A stretch of DNA of 60,494 bases from contig DATIHN010000013.1 of NCBI GenBank assembly GCA_035480635.1, positions 1-60,494 on the forward strand, written 5' to 3'. The notes under the pieces are model-generated. The model saw only the letters and a program-made list of their open reading frames with translations. It did no database searches and was not told where the DNA came from. Numbering within the stretch: the first letter of the stretch is position 1; each line of letters begins with the position of its first letter. The translations under genes were made by a program, and so were the position numbers. Source of the DNA: Candidatus Saccharimonadales bacterium (GTDB lineage Bacteria > Patescibacteriota > Saccharimonadia > UBA4664 > DATIHN01). Shown piece after piece: positions 18,074 through 27,691 of the stretch.

Positions 18074-18330
18074 AGCGCAAAGACACAGTTTATTTGGTCT
18101 TAACTATCGTTATCGTAACGGTTGTCGCAATCTTGGCCTACAGCGCCCTGGCCGGCAAGAAATCCAGTAGCGGCGCCGGAACGACGGTTGAAGTGATTAC
18201 TCCGATTCCAGCCAGCTTTGACCAATCAGCCATGGCAACACTGGCCGATCCCAATCAGGTCACCAACTTCACTCCAGCTATTAGTATCGATAACCTTGGC
18301 AATGGGCGACCGTTTGGTCCACTGAGGTAG
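18070..18330 (+). CDS. Small membrane-anchored protein in the PilP position
   Basis: 86 aa, N-terminal TM, C-terminal GRPFG; coupled to pilO by an ATGA overlap. Confidence 0.7.
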   Translation: MKRKDTVYLVLTIVIVTVVAILAYSALAGKKSSSGAGTTVEVITPIPASFDQSAMATLADPNQVTNFTPAISIDNLGNGRPFGPLR

Positions 18331-18350
18331 AATAGTGGGGGAGGGTTAGT

Positions 18351-20153
18351 ATGCTTTCAACTGAAAGCCAGCAGAAGATCCAAAAACTCTTGATTATGAA
18401 TGGCTTAGTGTCGGAGTCGCAGCTCAACAGTGCCAAAGCTCAAGCGGCCCAACAATCCAAGCCATTGCTTCAAGTTATTAGCGAAATGAAGCTAGTTGAT
18501 GACGAAGAGCTGACCAAGCTATCGGCTCAAGCTTCGGCCTACCCTTATGTTAATTTGACGAGCATTACAGTGCCACAAGACACCTTGTTACTCTTACCTA
18601 AAGAAACGGCTCAAAGTTATATGGCGGTGCCGTTTGGGGAGATGCAGGGCCGTCTAGCTGTAGCGATGCTTGATCCAGCCAACGTCCAAGCTATCGACTT
18701 CTTATCGCGCAAAATCGGCCGCAATATTGCTGCATTCATGGCCTCACGTAAAAGCTTGGAGACGGTTTTGACCCAATATGGCGTTGATGTCTCCAAGGAA
18801 GTCAGCGAAGCAATTAGGGGTAATGATTTACTAAAAGAGGCTGTGGCTGGGTCCGAAGAGGAAAAACCAGAAGGCGGAACCAAAAAAAATGCTGGTAACA
18901 TTCAAATGCTGGTCCAAGATGCGCCCATTACCCGGGCACTCAACACCATAATGGACTATGCCGCCAGCGCCAAAGCCTCCGATATTCATATTGAGCCGAG
19001 GGAAAAAGACTTGCGCATTCGCTACCGCGTCGACGGCATTTTGCAAGAAGTTATGAAGTTGCCGAAGTCGATCGAACCGGCTTTAGTTTCGCGAGTAAAA
19101 ATTTTATCCAATTTGAAAATAGATGAACATCGCATTCCTCAAGATGGACAATTTCAGATCAAGTCGGGCGGTCATACCATTGACCTACGTATTGCCATAG
19201 CCCCAGTCGTTTACGGCGAACAAGTCGTCATTCGATTGCTGGATAAAGACGATAAATTACTGACATTGAACAATTTAGGTTTTCGGGGCCGGGCCTTTCG
19301 GCTGATTACCGCGGGCATCCACAGGCCTCATGGCATGACACTTTCGACCGGACCAACTGGGTCTGGTAAGACCACGACCATGTATGCAGCCATTTCCGCC
19401 ATCAAAGACGTCGCCATCAACATCGTGACCCTAGAAGACCCGGTTGAATACAAGATCGATGGCATTAATCAGATCCAAGTTAACCCAGATGTGGGGCTAA
19501 CCTTTGCCTCGGGTTTGCGCTCGATATTGCGGCAAGACCCCAATGTGGTCATGGTCGGGGAGATCCGCGATAAAGAAACGGCTGATCTGGCGGTCCAAGC
19601 GGCCCTAACCGGTCACGTCGTGCTCTCAACTTTGCACACCAATTCAGCCGCCGGCGTTCTGCCGAGATTGCTCGATATGAACATCGAACCTTATTTAATT
19701 GCCTCAACCATCAACACCGTCATTGGCCAACGCTTGGTTCGTAAGCTCTGCGAAAAGTGCCGCCAGCAGTCCAATACCACTCAAGTCGAAGTCGATTCAA
19801 TCAATCGAGTCTTGGGCAAAGTCCTGCCCAAAGAAAAAACTCACCTGGTCGAAGCCACCAAAGATTTGGGTTATGATAACTTGCCATTGGCCGGACAAAC
19901 CGCTTATACTTTGTTCAGAGCCAAAGGCTGTAGTGAGTGCACTGGAGGTTACAAAGGTCGTGTTGGAATTTATGAGGTTTTTAATATGAGCGAAGCCATG
20001 GAGCGTTTGCTATTAAAACACGCCACGACGACCGAGGTTCAAACTCAGGCTCAAACCGATGGCATGCTGACCATGAAGCAAGACGGTTACCTAAAAGCTC
20101 TCGCCGGTATCACCAGTATGGAAGAGGTGGTTAGAGTGGCGGCGGACGCTTGA
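18351..20153 (+). CDS. pilB: Type IV pilus extension ATPase PilB (GspE family)
   Basis: ASDIHIEP, GPTGSGKTTT, TLEDPVEY, LRQDPNVVMVGEIRD, TGHVVLSTLHTN, Cys-pair Zn motif. Confidence 0.96.
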   Translation: MLSTESQQKIQKLLIMNGLVSESQLNSAKAQAAQQSKPLLQVISEMKLVDDEELTKLSAQASAYPYVNLTSITVPQDTLLLLPKETAQSYMAVPFGEMQGRLAVAMLDPANVQAIDFLSRKIGRNIAAFMASRKSLETVLTQYGVDVSKEVSEAIRGNDLLKEAVAGSEEEKPEGGTKKNAGNIQMLVQDAPITRALNTIMDYAASAKASDIHIEPREKDLRIRYRVDGILQEVMKLPKSIEPALVSRVKILSNLKIDEHRIPQDGQFQIKSGGHTIDLRIAIAPVVYGEQVVIRLLDKDDKLLTLNNLGFRGRAFRLITAGIHRPHGMTLSTGPTGSGKTTTMYAAISAIKDVAINIVTLEDPVEYKIDGINQIQVNPDVGLTFASGLRSILRQDPNVVMVGEIRDKETADLAVQAALTGHVVLSTLHTNSAAGVLPRLLDMNIEPYLIASTINTVIGQRLVRKLCEKCRQQSNTTQVEVDSINRVLGKVLPKEKTHLVEATKDLGYDNLPLAGQTAYTLFRAKGCSECTGGYKGRVGIYEVFNMSEAMERLLLKHATTTEVQTQAQTDGMLTMKQDGYLKALAGITSMEEVVRVAADA

Positions 20154-21223
20154 TGGAAAAGTCAGCAATGAAAATCGAATTATTTCTAGAAGACGTTGTT
20201 AAAAAAGACGCCTCAGACTTGCATTTACAGGTTGGAGTACCGCCGATGCTAAGGGTCGATGGCGCTTTGAAACCGATCAGCGATGCCCCCGTACTAGGCG
20301 AAGATGACGTCGAAAAGCTAGTCTTTGCTGTCATGGACGAAGACCAAAAGAATTTGCTCATGAAAGACAAGGAAGTCGATTTCTCGTTTTCCTTTGGCGA
20401 TCTGGGACGCTTCCGCGTCAATGCCTTCCACGAACGCGGTAACATTGCTGCTGCTCTTCGTTTGATCCCGACTAAAATTCGGACCGTCGAAGAACTTAAC
20501 TTACCTAAGATCCTAAATGACTTCACTAACATACCCCGCGGGCTAGTGCTAGTAACTGGACCGACCGGATCTGGTAAATCGACTACGCTGGCCGCCATGG
20601 TCGATAAAATTAATACCGATAAAGCCTTACACATCATCACCATCGAAGACCCGATCGAATACGCTCACAAAAGCAAAAAGTCGATTGTGGTCCAGCGCGA
20701 AGTCCACTACGACACCAATTCGTTTGGAGCCAGCTTGCGTTCGGCCCTGCGTGAGGATCCCGATGTGGTTCTAATCGGCGAGATGCGGGATCTAGAAACC
20801 ATTGCAGCGGCCATTACTATTGCCGAAACTGGCCACTTGGTGCTAGCCACTCTGCATACCAACAATGCCGCGCAAACTGTCGACCGCATGATCGATGTTT
20901 TCCCGCCTCACCAGCAGCAACAGGTTCGAATCGAAGTTTCAGCCATGCTTCAGGCTATCGTCTCTCAACGGCTGATCCCAGCCATTGGCGGTGGGCGAGT
21001 GGCTGTAGCCGAAATCATGGTGGTGACTGGTGCCATCCGCAACATCATCCGTGAGGGCAAAACCCATCAGCTCGATGCGGCCATTCAAACCGGGGGTGAG
21101 CAGGGCATGCAATCATTCGATAAAACTTTGGTTGAATTCATTCAAGCTGGCAAGATTAGTTACGATGAGGCCAAGAACTACGCCATCGATCTGCATGAAC
21201 TAGATCGCATGATGAAGGGTTAG
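20150..21223 (+). CDS. pilT: Pilus retraction ATPase PilT
   Basis: ASDLHLQVG, GRFRVNAF, GPTGSGKSTT, TIEDPIEY, SALREDPDV, GHLVLATLHT, AIRNIIRE, GMQSFD. Confidence 0.97.
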   Translation: MMEKSAMKIELFLEDVVKKDASDLHLQVGVPPMLRVDGALKPISDAPVLGEDDVEKLVFAVMDEDQKNLLMKDKEVDFSFSFGDLGRFRVNAFHERGNIAAALRLIPTKIRTVEELNLPKILNDFTNIPRGLVLVTGPTGSGKSTTLAAMVDKINTDKALHIITIEDPIEYAHKSKKSIVVQREVHYDTNSFGASLRSALREDPDVVLIGEMRDLETIAAAITIAETGHLVLATLHTNNAAQTVDRMIDVFPPHQQQQVRIEVSAMLQAIVSQRLIPAIGGGRVAVAEIMVVTGAIRNIIREGKTHQLDAAIQTGGEQGMQSFDKTLVEFIQAGKISYDEAKNYAIDLHELDRMMKG

Positions 21224-21228
21224 GACCA

Positions 21229-22452
21229 GTGGTAACTTACGAGTACACGGCCAAAAACAATACCACTGGCGAGATGCTAAAAGCCGAGGTTCAGGCCGAT
21301 AGCACCAGCGCGGCTGCCAAACTCCTGGTCGATCAAGGGCTTTTCCCGATCACCATTCAGGACAAGAGCAAGCAAAACGTCTTAGCCAAAGTCAACATCC
21401 TGAACCGTGTGAGTACTCGCGATCTAGTCATTTTTACCCGCCAGCTTTCAACCTTAATCAACGCCGGTTTGCCCTTGGTTCAATCGCTGCATAACGTCCA
21501 GAGTCAGCTTTCCAGTAAGACACTCAAGGAGGCCGCGGCCGATATCATTGCCTCCGTTGAAGGTGGAATGAGCCTGTCCGAAGCCCTAGGTAAGCATCCC
21601 AAAATATTCAATGAAATCTACGTCTATTTGGTGGCAGCTGGCGAAACCTCTGGTACGCTCGATAAAGTGCTGGAGCGCCTGGCCGATCAGCAAGAAAAGG
21701 ACGCCGCTATTTTACGCAAAATCCGCAGTGCCATGATTTATCCTTTGATCGTTTTGGTCGTCGTGGTTTTGGTCGTCGTCTTCTTACTGGTGACGCTATT
21801 GCCGCAAGTGGCTCAGCTCTATCATGATCTGCATCGCAATCTACCGATTCTAACCCGGATTTTGGTCGATATTTCATCTTTCGTTATCAAATATTGGTGG
21901 CTGGTTTTGCTCTTAGTCGGCGGGGGACTGCTGGCTGGTTACAATTACGTTCGCAGCGAAACCGGCCGGCACCAATACGACAACTTCAAACTAAGCGTGC
22001 CGCTGTTTGGCACCTTATTCGAAAAAGTCTACATGGCTCGCTTTGCCAGGACTCTTTCGGTGCTGCTCAATAGCGGTATTCCGATGCTCAAAGGCATGGA
22101 GGTAACTCGTAAAGCCATTCACAACCTGGTAGTCGAGGGCGCTATTGAACGAGCTGAGGCCAAGGTCAAGGGCGGTAAGGCGCTCTCCAAAGCCTTGGAG
22201 GTTGAAGAGAGCTTTTTGCCACTAGTATCACAAATGACAGCCATCGGTGAACAATCCGGTGCGCTGGATGATATGTTGGTCAAAGTAGCAATGTTTTATG
22301 AAGAAGACGTGGACACGGCCGTTAAAAATCTCTCCACCACCATTGAACCAGTCATGATCGTCATTCTTGGTACAGTGGTAGCCTTCATCATCGCAGCGGT
22401 GCTGTTACCAATCTACGGTTTGGTCGGCAGCGGCGGCCTGAACAACTTCTAG
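21229..22452 (+). CDS. pilC: Pilus platform protein PilC (GspF family)
   Basis: FTRQLSTLINAGLPL, AGETSGTLD, MIYP, ARFARTLS, GEQSGALDDML, IEPVMIV. Confidence 0.96.
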   Translation: MVTYEYTAKNNTTGEMLKAEVQADSTSAAAKLLVDQGLFPITIQDKSKQNVLAKVNILNRVSTRDLVIFTRQLSTLINAGLPLVQSLHNVQSQLSSKTLKEAAADIIASVEGGMSLSEALGKHPKIFNEIYVYLVAAGETSGTLDKVLERLADQQEKDAAILRKIRSAMIYPLIVLVVVVLVVVFLLVTLLPQVAQLYHDLHRNLPILTRILVDISSFVIKYWWLVLLLVGGGLLAGYNYVRSETGRHQYDNFKLSVPLFGTLFEKVYMARFARTLSVLLNSGIPMLKGMEVTRKAIHNLVVEGAIERAEAKVKGGKALSKALEVEESFLPLVSQMTAIGEQSGALDDMLVKVAMFYEEDVDTAVKNLSTTIEPVMIVILGTVVAFIIAAVLLPIYGLVGSGGLNNF

Positions 22453-22455
22453 CGC

Positions 22456-22484
22456 TTGACACCTGTCCCAAAGCCGATAATAAT
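22456..22484 (+). promoter_or_regulatory. Promoter of the major pilin
   Basis: TTGACA-N17-AATAAT, then strong SD AAGGAGGTGA. Confidence 0.65.
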
Positions 22485-22521
22485 AAGCTTAACCAATATA
22501 TTTAAGGAGGTGAGAACCTAA

Positions 22522-22929
22522 ATGTTAAGAAAAATGCTAAAAGAACGAGAGGGTTTCACATTAATTGAAATCGTCTTCGTGCTGGCCATTGCCGCACTGA
22601 TCATCGTCATTGTCTTTTTGGCCGTTGCTGGTGCCCGTAACTCGGCCCAAGACCAGGCTCGTAAAGACTACGCTAACCGCATCGCCGCCGCTTGCACTAA
22701 GTGGTCTAATGAAGCAGCTGGTGTAAATGGTGACACCAAGCAGTGTAACGACAGCGCTGCGTATTTAGCGCAAGTACTAGCAATTGCTGGTGCCGCTCCT
22801 TCAATTTCGGGAACAGCGTTGACTGCGACCACAAACCCTGCTTCTACTGCAAATGTAAATGTCGGCGATACTACGATCACTGTGCAGTTAACGAACGCAA
22901 GTGGACCGATTTACACAGCCAATCTATAG
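22522..22929 (+). CDS. Probable major type IV pilin
   Basis: EG|FTLIE prepilin site; own promoter, strong SD and terminator. Confidence 0.9.
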   Translation: MLRKMLKEREGFTLIEIVFVLAIAALIIVIVFLAVAGARNSAQDQARKDYANRIAAACTKWSNEAAGVNGDTKQCNDSAAYLAQVLAIAGAAPSISGTALTATTNPASTANVNVGDTTITVQLTNASGPIYTANL

Positions 22930-22949
22930 TGATCAGTTAAGATTAAAAA

Positions 22950-22972
22950 GGAAGCCTTCGGGCTTCTTTTTG
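22950..22972 (+). terminator. Intrinsic terminator after the major pilin
   Basis: GAAGCC-TTCG-GGCTTC-TTTTT with an A-run upstream (bidirectional form). Confidence 0.85.
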
Positions 22973-23004
22973 TTTACTAAGCAAAAGCGGTATAATTTGT
23001 ATTA

Positions 23005-23448
23005 ATGAAGCAACGTGGGTTTACTTTAATCGAATTATTGTGGGTGTTAGTAATTGCCGCGCTCTTGATGGTATTGGTTTTATTAGCTATTCAACAGGGG
23101 CGGAATAGTCGTAAAGACAATGATCGCGAGGCTGACGCCGCCAGGTATTTGAATGCCACTAAAACCTGGACCAGCGACAATAACGGCAATTTGCCAGGTC
23201 TAGGCGATATCAATAATATCGTTACGACTTACATAGGCAACACTTTTGTAAACCCTGAAGGTGTGCCTTGGTCGCTAGTCTGGTCGGCCAGTCAACCACC
23301 TGGGTTTAGCCCGGCTACAAACGAGATGGTAATTGGATCCGGTAACGTCAAATGCGATAGTAGCGGTGTAGTGCCTGGTGGTGGCAGCCGCCAGGTAGCC
23401 GTGGCTGTATTGTTAGAAAGCGGGAATGTCTATTGCGTTACACAATAG
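23005..23448 (+). CDS. Type IV pilin
   Basis: RG|FTLIE; C-terminal LESGNVYC. Confidence 0.9.
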   Translation: MKQRGFTLIELLWVLVIAALLMVLVLLAIQQGRNSRKDNDREADAARYLNATKTWTSDNNGNLPGLGDINNIVTTYIGNTFVNPEGVPWSLVWSASQPPGFSPATNEMVIGSGNVKCDSSGVVPGGGSRQVAVAVLLESGNVYCVTQ

Positions 23449-23909
23449 CTAAATTAGACAGTCGTGGCATTAGCTTAACAGAGACAGTTTTTGTGCTAGC
23501 CATTATGGGCTTCATCATTATTTTAGTTTTTTTCGTTTTGCCCCAGGCTCATACTGCCCACCGTGATGCTCAGCGTAAGCTTTATCTGGAGCAAGTGGCA
23601 ACCAACATCGAAAAATACAAAGAGAATTTTCCGGTTAGCCACAATCAATATCCACCAGACTCCGGCACATTTAATACTAATTTCGCCCCACCAGGTGGGA
23701 GCTACGCTGTCGTTAAGGACGATAATGATCCCTTGAGTCACACTCTCTATAATTTCACCGGAGTAATGTTTATCCCAACCAGCTCACAGCCCGCTGGTAT
23801 TACCTATGAATTGGGTCACGATTGCAATAACGATCCGTCTTCGATTGGTATTTATCGCATCAAAATCGGCTTAGAAAGCGGAGTCATCTACTGTCTTGAT
23901 AACCATTAA
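23433..23909 (+). CDS. Type IV pilin, paralog of the preceding gene
   Basis: RG|ISLTE; C-terminal LESGVIYC. Confidence 0.85.
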   Translation: MRYTIAKLDSRGISLTETVFVLAIMGFIIILVFFVLPQAHTAHRDAQRKLYLEQVATNIEKYKENFPVSHNQYPPDSGTFNTNFAPPGGSYAVVKDDNDPLSHTLYNFTGVMFIPTSSQPAGITYELGHDCNNDPSSIGIYRIKIGLESGVIYCLDNH

Positions 23910-24690
23910 CGCAATTCTGGTCGGCCTGCTGGGGTTGATGGTGGGCAGCTTCATTAATGCCGTGGTTTGGCGCATTCACGAGCACAAACCAATTGCCCGG
24001 GACCGTTCTGAGTGCGAAAACTGTCATCACAAGCTTGGCCTTTGGGATCTAATTCCAGTTTTCAGCTGGCTATTCCTTAAGGGTCGCTGCCGCTATTGCC
24101 ATAAACCAATCTCGGTTCAGAATCCGCTAGTTGAATTGCTGACGGGGGGCCTATTTATGCTCAGCTATATCCAACTGGCGCCGGTTAGCACCCTGGGTCG
24201 GATTAATTTCGTGGTTTGGCTCTATGTCTTGGGTTCGTTGATCGTTTTAAGCCTCTACGACTGGCGTTGGATGCTGCTTCCTGATGTGGTGATGATGCCA
24301 GCCCTGTTGGTGGCGCTGATCCCTTTGGTGGCTGCTATCGCCACCGGCCAGCCGCACCAAGTCTGGTTGGGGCCGATTATTGCAGCCTTACTGGCGGGTG
24401 GTAGTTTTTACTTACTGGCAGCCGTCTCCAGCGGCCGCTGGATGGGTGGGGGAGATATTAAGCTAGTGGCATTGATTGGGCTGGTTTTGGGACTGCAAAT
24501 GACGGTCGTAGCCATGTTTCTGGCCTTTACAATTGCGGCCGTGGTCAGTTTGGGCTTGATTGCGACCAAACGTAAGACCCGGAGGGATCACATTGCCTTC
24601 GGGCCGTTTTTGGCGCTGGGCTGCGTTCTAGCTATGCTCTATGGTCATCAATTACTGAATTGGTACAACAATTTGCTATTCCGTGGATGA
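23896..24690 (+). CDS. pilD: Prepilin peptidase/N-methyltransferase PilD
   Basis: GSFINAVVWR, RSECENC, LKGRCRYC, YDWRW.LLPD, MGGGDIKL, IAFGPFL. Confidence 0.96.
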   Translation: MITINAILVGLLGLMVGSFINAVVWRIHEHKPIARDRSECENCHHKLGLWDLIPVFSWLFLKGRCRYCHKPISVQNPLVELLTGGLFMLSYIQLAPVSTLGRINFVVWLYVLGSLIVLSLYDWRWMLLPDVVMMPALLVALIPLVAAIATGQPHQVWLGPIIAALLAGGSFYLLAAVSSGRWMGGGDIKLVALIGLVLGLQMTVVAMFLAFTIAAVVSLGLIATKRKTRRDHIAFGPFLALGCVLAMLYGHQLLNWYNNLLFRG

Positions 24691-24735
24691 GCTGCCTACT
24701 CAAGGGGTTTCAGGAGTGCTATAGTAATATTAGTT

Positions 24736-25311
24736 ATGCTTAAGAGTGAGCGCGGAGTAACCCTAATCGAGTTGATTATGTCCCTAGCGATTGCTGGTTT
24801 GATTGCTTCGGGCATTATTTTTGGCCACAACCAGTTTAGGGCCAGCCAGCAGTTTACCCAAGGCGCTGATCAAATCGTTCAAATCATAGCGGCCGCTCGC
24901 ACCCAAGCTGCCACCACTGTCGGCGAAGTGGCCTCAACCGGGGGAACATCCAACCTCTGTAGTGCCGGCAAGCTGATCGTCTTTACCGCCGGTAGTTCGA
25001 CTGCCGTGGTTAGAACTCAGAGAATAGATTGTTTCAACAAGACTCACTTCGACTTCATCGACCAATACAATACCCAAATTCCCTGGGGTGTGAATCTAAC
25101 TACCAACCTAACTATCTTGTTGGTTTTTGGTGCGGCTGGTGACATCAAAGCTTACACCAGCAACGGCGCCCTACCAGCGGCCGGTGGTCCCCAAGCGGCC
25201 AATATGACGGCGGTGCCCGCGGCCCAAAGCACCGCAGCTGTCGTGGGTAACGGGGGATCGGCCACACTCTCGATTGATCAATATGGTAATGCGACCAGGG
25301 TGATTAACTAA
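24736..25311 (+). CDS. Minor pilin (FimT/GspH-like)
   Basis: RG|VTLIE N-terminal methylation motif. Confidence 0.85.
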   Translation: MLKSERGVTLIELIMSLAIAGLIASGIIFGHNQFRASQQFTQGADQIVQIIAAARTQAATTVGEVASTGGTSNLCSAGKLIVFTAGSSTAVVRTQRIDCFNKTHFDFIDQYNTQIPWGVNLTTNLTILLVFGAAGDIKAYTSNGALPAAGGPQAANMTAVPAAQSTAAVVGNGGSATLSIDQYGNATRVIN

Positions 25312-25994
25312 TGATCAGACTAACAAACCAACGCGGTGATACTTTGGTGGAGGTGGTTTTTGCGTTGATCATACTTTCGGCCATTCTGGTGACGACGCTA
25401 TCGATCGGCCGCCTGAGCCGGGTCAATAATCAAAACGCTCAACTGCGCACCCAAGCCGTCAACCTGGTTCAAGAGCAATATCAGGCGCTCAAATCCTACC
25501 GCGATAGCACCAACTGGCAGCTCTTCCAAGGCTATCCAGGTTCGAGTGGATTAAATATTGACGTCATGGGTGGCTGCAATAGCAACGCCTTAGCTGATCC
25601 CGCGACCGACCCGAAATGCGTCTTTCATATGGAGCGCGATTTTCGAATTGGCGCTACTCACGGCCAATGGCTGCCTTGCCCCGGCACCTGGAACCCGCCG
25701 TTGGATAGCGATAATGATGCAACTACACCTGGCAGCGGCTGGGACAGCCCTACGACGGCCGCCGAGTCTAGCACTATAGTTCAGGGCTGCCGTGGTAATA
25801 CTCGTACCCAAACTAATCAGCCTAATATTAGCGTTGGTATTTATTTGCACACGGGGTTGAGCTGTAGTCTAACCCAACCAAATGCCTACCGGTTTACGGC
25901 TGTCGGAAATTGGACTCAAGGTGGAGTCAGTTCTAATGCCACTACCAATATGGACTTCATGCTCAGTAACATCAAAGGAGAGGCGACATGTTAG
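25311..25994 (+). CDS. Minor pilin (PilV-like)
   Basis: RG|DTLVEV motif; Cys-containing variable domain. Confidence 0.85.
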   Translation: MIRLTNQRGDTLVEVVFALIILSAILVTTLSIGRLSRVNNQNAQLRTQAVNLVQEQYQALKSYRDSTNWQLFQGYPGSSGLNIDVMGGCNSNALADPATDPKCVFHMERDFRIGATHGQWLPCPGTWNPPLDSDNDATTPGSGWDSPTTAAESSTIVQGCRGNTRTQTNQPNISVGIYLHTGLSCSLTQPNAYRFTAVGNWTQGGVSSNATTNMDFMLSNIKGEATC

Positions 25995-26596
25995 CGGGCC
26001 AGCGCCAAGGCGGGTTCACTTTGATCGAATTATTGTTGTCCATGGCGGTCTTTAGCTTCGGGCTGCTGATAATTCTGTCTGGTTTAGTATCTTTGCTCGG
26101 GCTCTACACTAATGGTCGGGCTAATCGAGTAGTCCAAAACGCCGCTCGCACCGGGATTAATATGATTTCGCAACATGGCCGCGAGGGCGTATCGTTTTCG
26201 ACTGGCAACAATATTTTGTGTATCGATACGGGTGGCGGATCTGGCTCCATGTTTTATTTAACGCCGACTCATCAGCTGATGTTTGACGATTGGGATCAGT
26301 CCCAAGATCCCCCCCTCGGCTGTGTTCTGGCGGCCACAACCAATCAACAAACGCCAATGCCAGTAACCTCATCCGATGCCCCAGTTATTGGGTTTACCGC
26401 TGAAGCCGTAACTTACGACGCTACAAATAATTCCAACCCCTGCACTAGCGGCTGCACTAGCGTGCGGGTGAGCCTGCGGGTGGCCTCGACCACGACCGGG
26501 TTGAATTCTGATTCAACGGCCTGTTCGGCCTCTTCCACGGCCGCTTGCGTGGTCTCGACCGTCTCGACTACCATTACCGCGGGAGAACACCAATGA
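25988..26596 (+). CDS. Minor pilin (PilW-like)
   Basis: GG|FTLIELL motif. Confidence 0.85.
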   Translation: MLAGQRQGGFTLIELLLSMAVFSFGLLIILSGLVSLLGLYTNGRANRVVQNAARTGINMISQHGREGVSFSTGNNILCIDTGGGSGSMFYLTPTHQLMFDDWDQSQDPPLGCVLAATTNQQTPMPVTSSDAPVIGFTAEAVTYDATNNSNPCTSGCTSVRVSLRVASTTTGLNSDSTACSASSTAACVVSTVSTTITAGEHQ

Positions 26597-27690
26597 GAAC
26601 TCAGCAGGGCATCATTTCGATGTTAACCACCATCATGATTAGCATTCTCTTAATCACCATGTCTTTGGGGTTGTTGCTGCTGACGGCTGGTGCTAACCAA
26701 CAGGCCTCCGATGACGAACTGTCGCTGAGAGCCTATGCTGGGGCTGAAAGTGGGGCCGAATGGGCCTTGGCATACTTAAAAAAGGATCCAACTGCGACTT
26801 TCACCTCGGGCTGTAATCCAACTTTTGGTGATCCCAGCTTTGCGGCCTTAACAAACTTTATGCCGCCCGGCCCCAATAGCAATGCCATTACTTGCTTGAC
26901 GGTTGCCCAAACCGATAATGCCTTAAGCGGTGTGCTAGATGCCAAAAAAGCAGCCCAAATTAACGTTTCGCCCTCATTTGCTGCGAACAAGCCAAACATA
27001 CAGTCAATCGAAGTCAGTTGGCTGGCCCCGAATTTGGATGTCACACTTTTGAAAAGCTCACCTTACACCAAATACGATGGCCCCAATCTGCCTCAGGCTA
27101 GCGGCAATGCCGGTTTGTTACCGGCGATCGAACTAACAATCGTTAATTATTATGCTTTAAACGGCTCCAATCTCAATTTGATCGATAACAATGGCAACAA
27201 GGCTATCCAAGTCCGCAATATTGTTCTGTTCCCAAGTACTAACCCCAGTCCACTAAACACGGAGCCCAAGAATTTGGCTAATTGCACCCCCAGTACATCT
27301 GTGACCTATCAATGTGTGGCGACTGTCTCACCAAATAATCCACCCGGAGATCTTAATAGCTCCAATCAAGAAGGTGTCATTATCTACTTGCGGGCACTCT
27401 ATCCAGGCAACTCCAAGTTTCACTACAAAGTCAGATTAGTCTTGCCGGGAGGTGGCGACTTGCCCGTGCCCTTAACCGAGGCCAAAATAGATGTGACGGC
27501 CAGATCCGGACCGGTATATCGACGCATAATTGCTTTCACTAGAACAACCAAACCTGAGATCCCAGCCGGGCTGGATTACGTGCTCTTTGGCGACCAACAG
27601 ATTTGTAAAGACTTCAACGTCCACGCTAGCTCGAAGGATTTTCCTGACCCCTCGGGAGCCACCATCGTCAGTCTGTGTAACGGACCGTGA
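26593..27690 (+). CDS. Minor pilin (PilX/GspK-like)
   Basis: QG|IISML without Glu5, RAYAGAESGAEWAL PilX N-terminal motif; ATG 26593 overlaps the previous stop. Confidence 0.85.
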   Translation: MRTQQGIISMLTTIMISILLITMSLGLLLLTAGANQQASDDELSLRAYAGAESGAEWALAYLKKDPTATFTSGCNPTFGDPSFAALTNFMPPGPNSNAITCLTVAQTDNALSGVLDAKKAAQINVSPSFAANKPNIQSIEVSWLAPNLDVTLLKSSPYTKYDGPNLPQASGNAGLLPAIELTIVNYYALNGSNLNLIDNNGNKAIQVRNIVLFPSTNPSPLNTEPKNLANCTPSTSVTYQCVATVSPNNPPGDLNSSNQEGVIIYLRALYPGNSKFHYKVRLVLPGGGDLPVPLTEAKIDVTARSGPVYRRIIAFTRTTKPEIPAGLDYVLFGDQQICKDFNVHASSKDFPDPSGATIVSLCNGP

Positions 27691-27691
27691 T

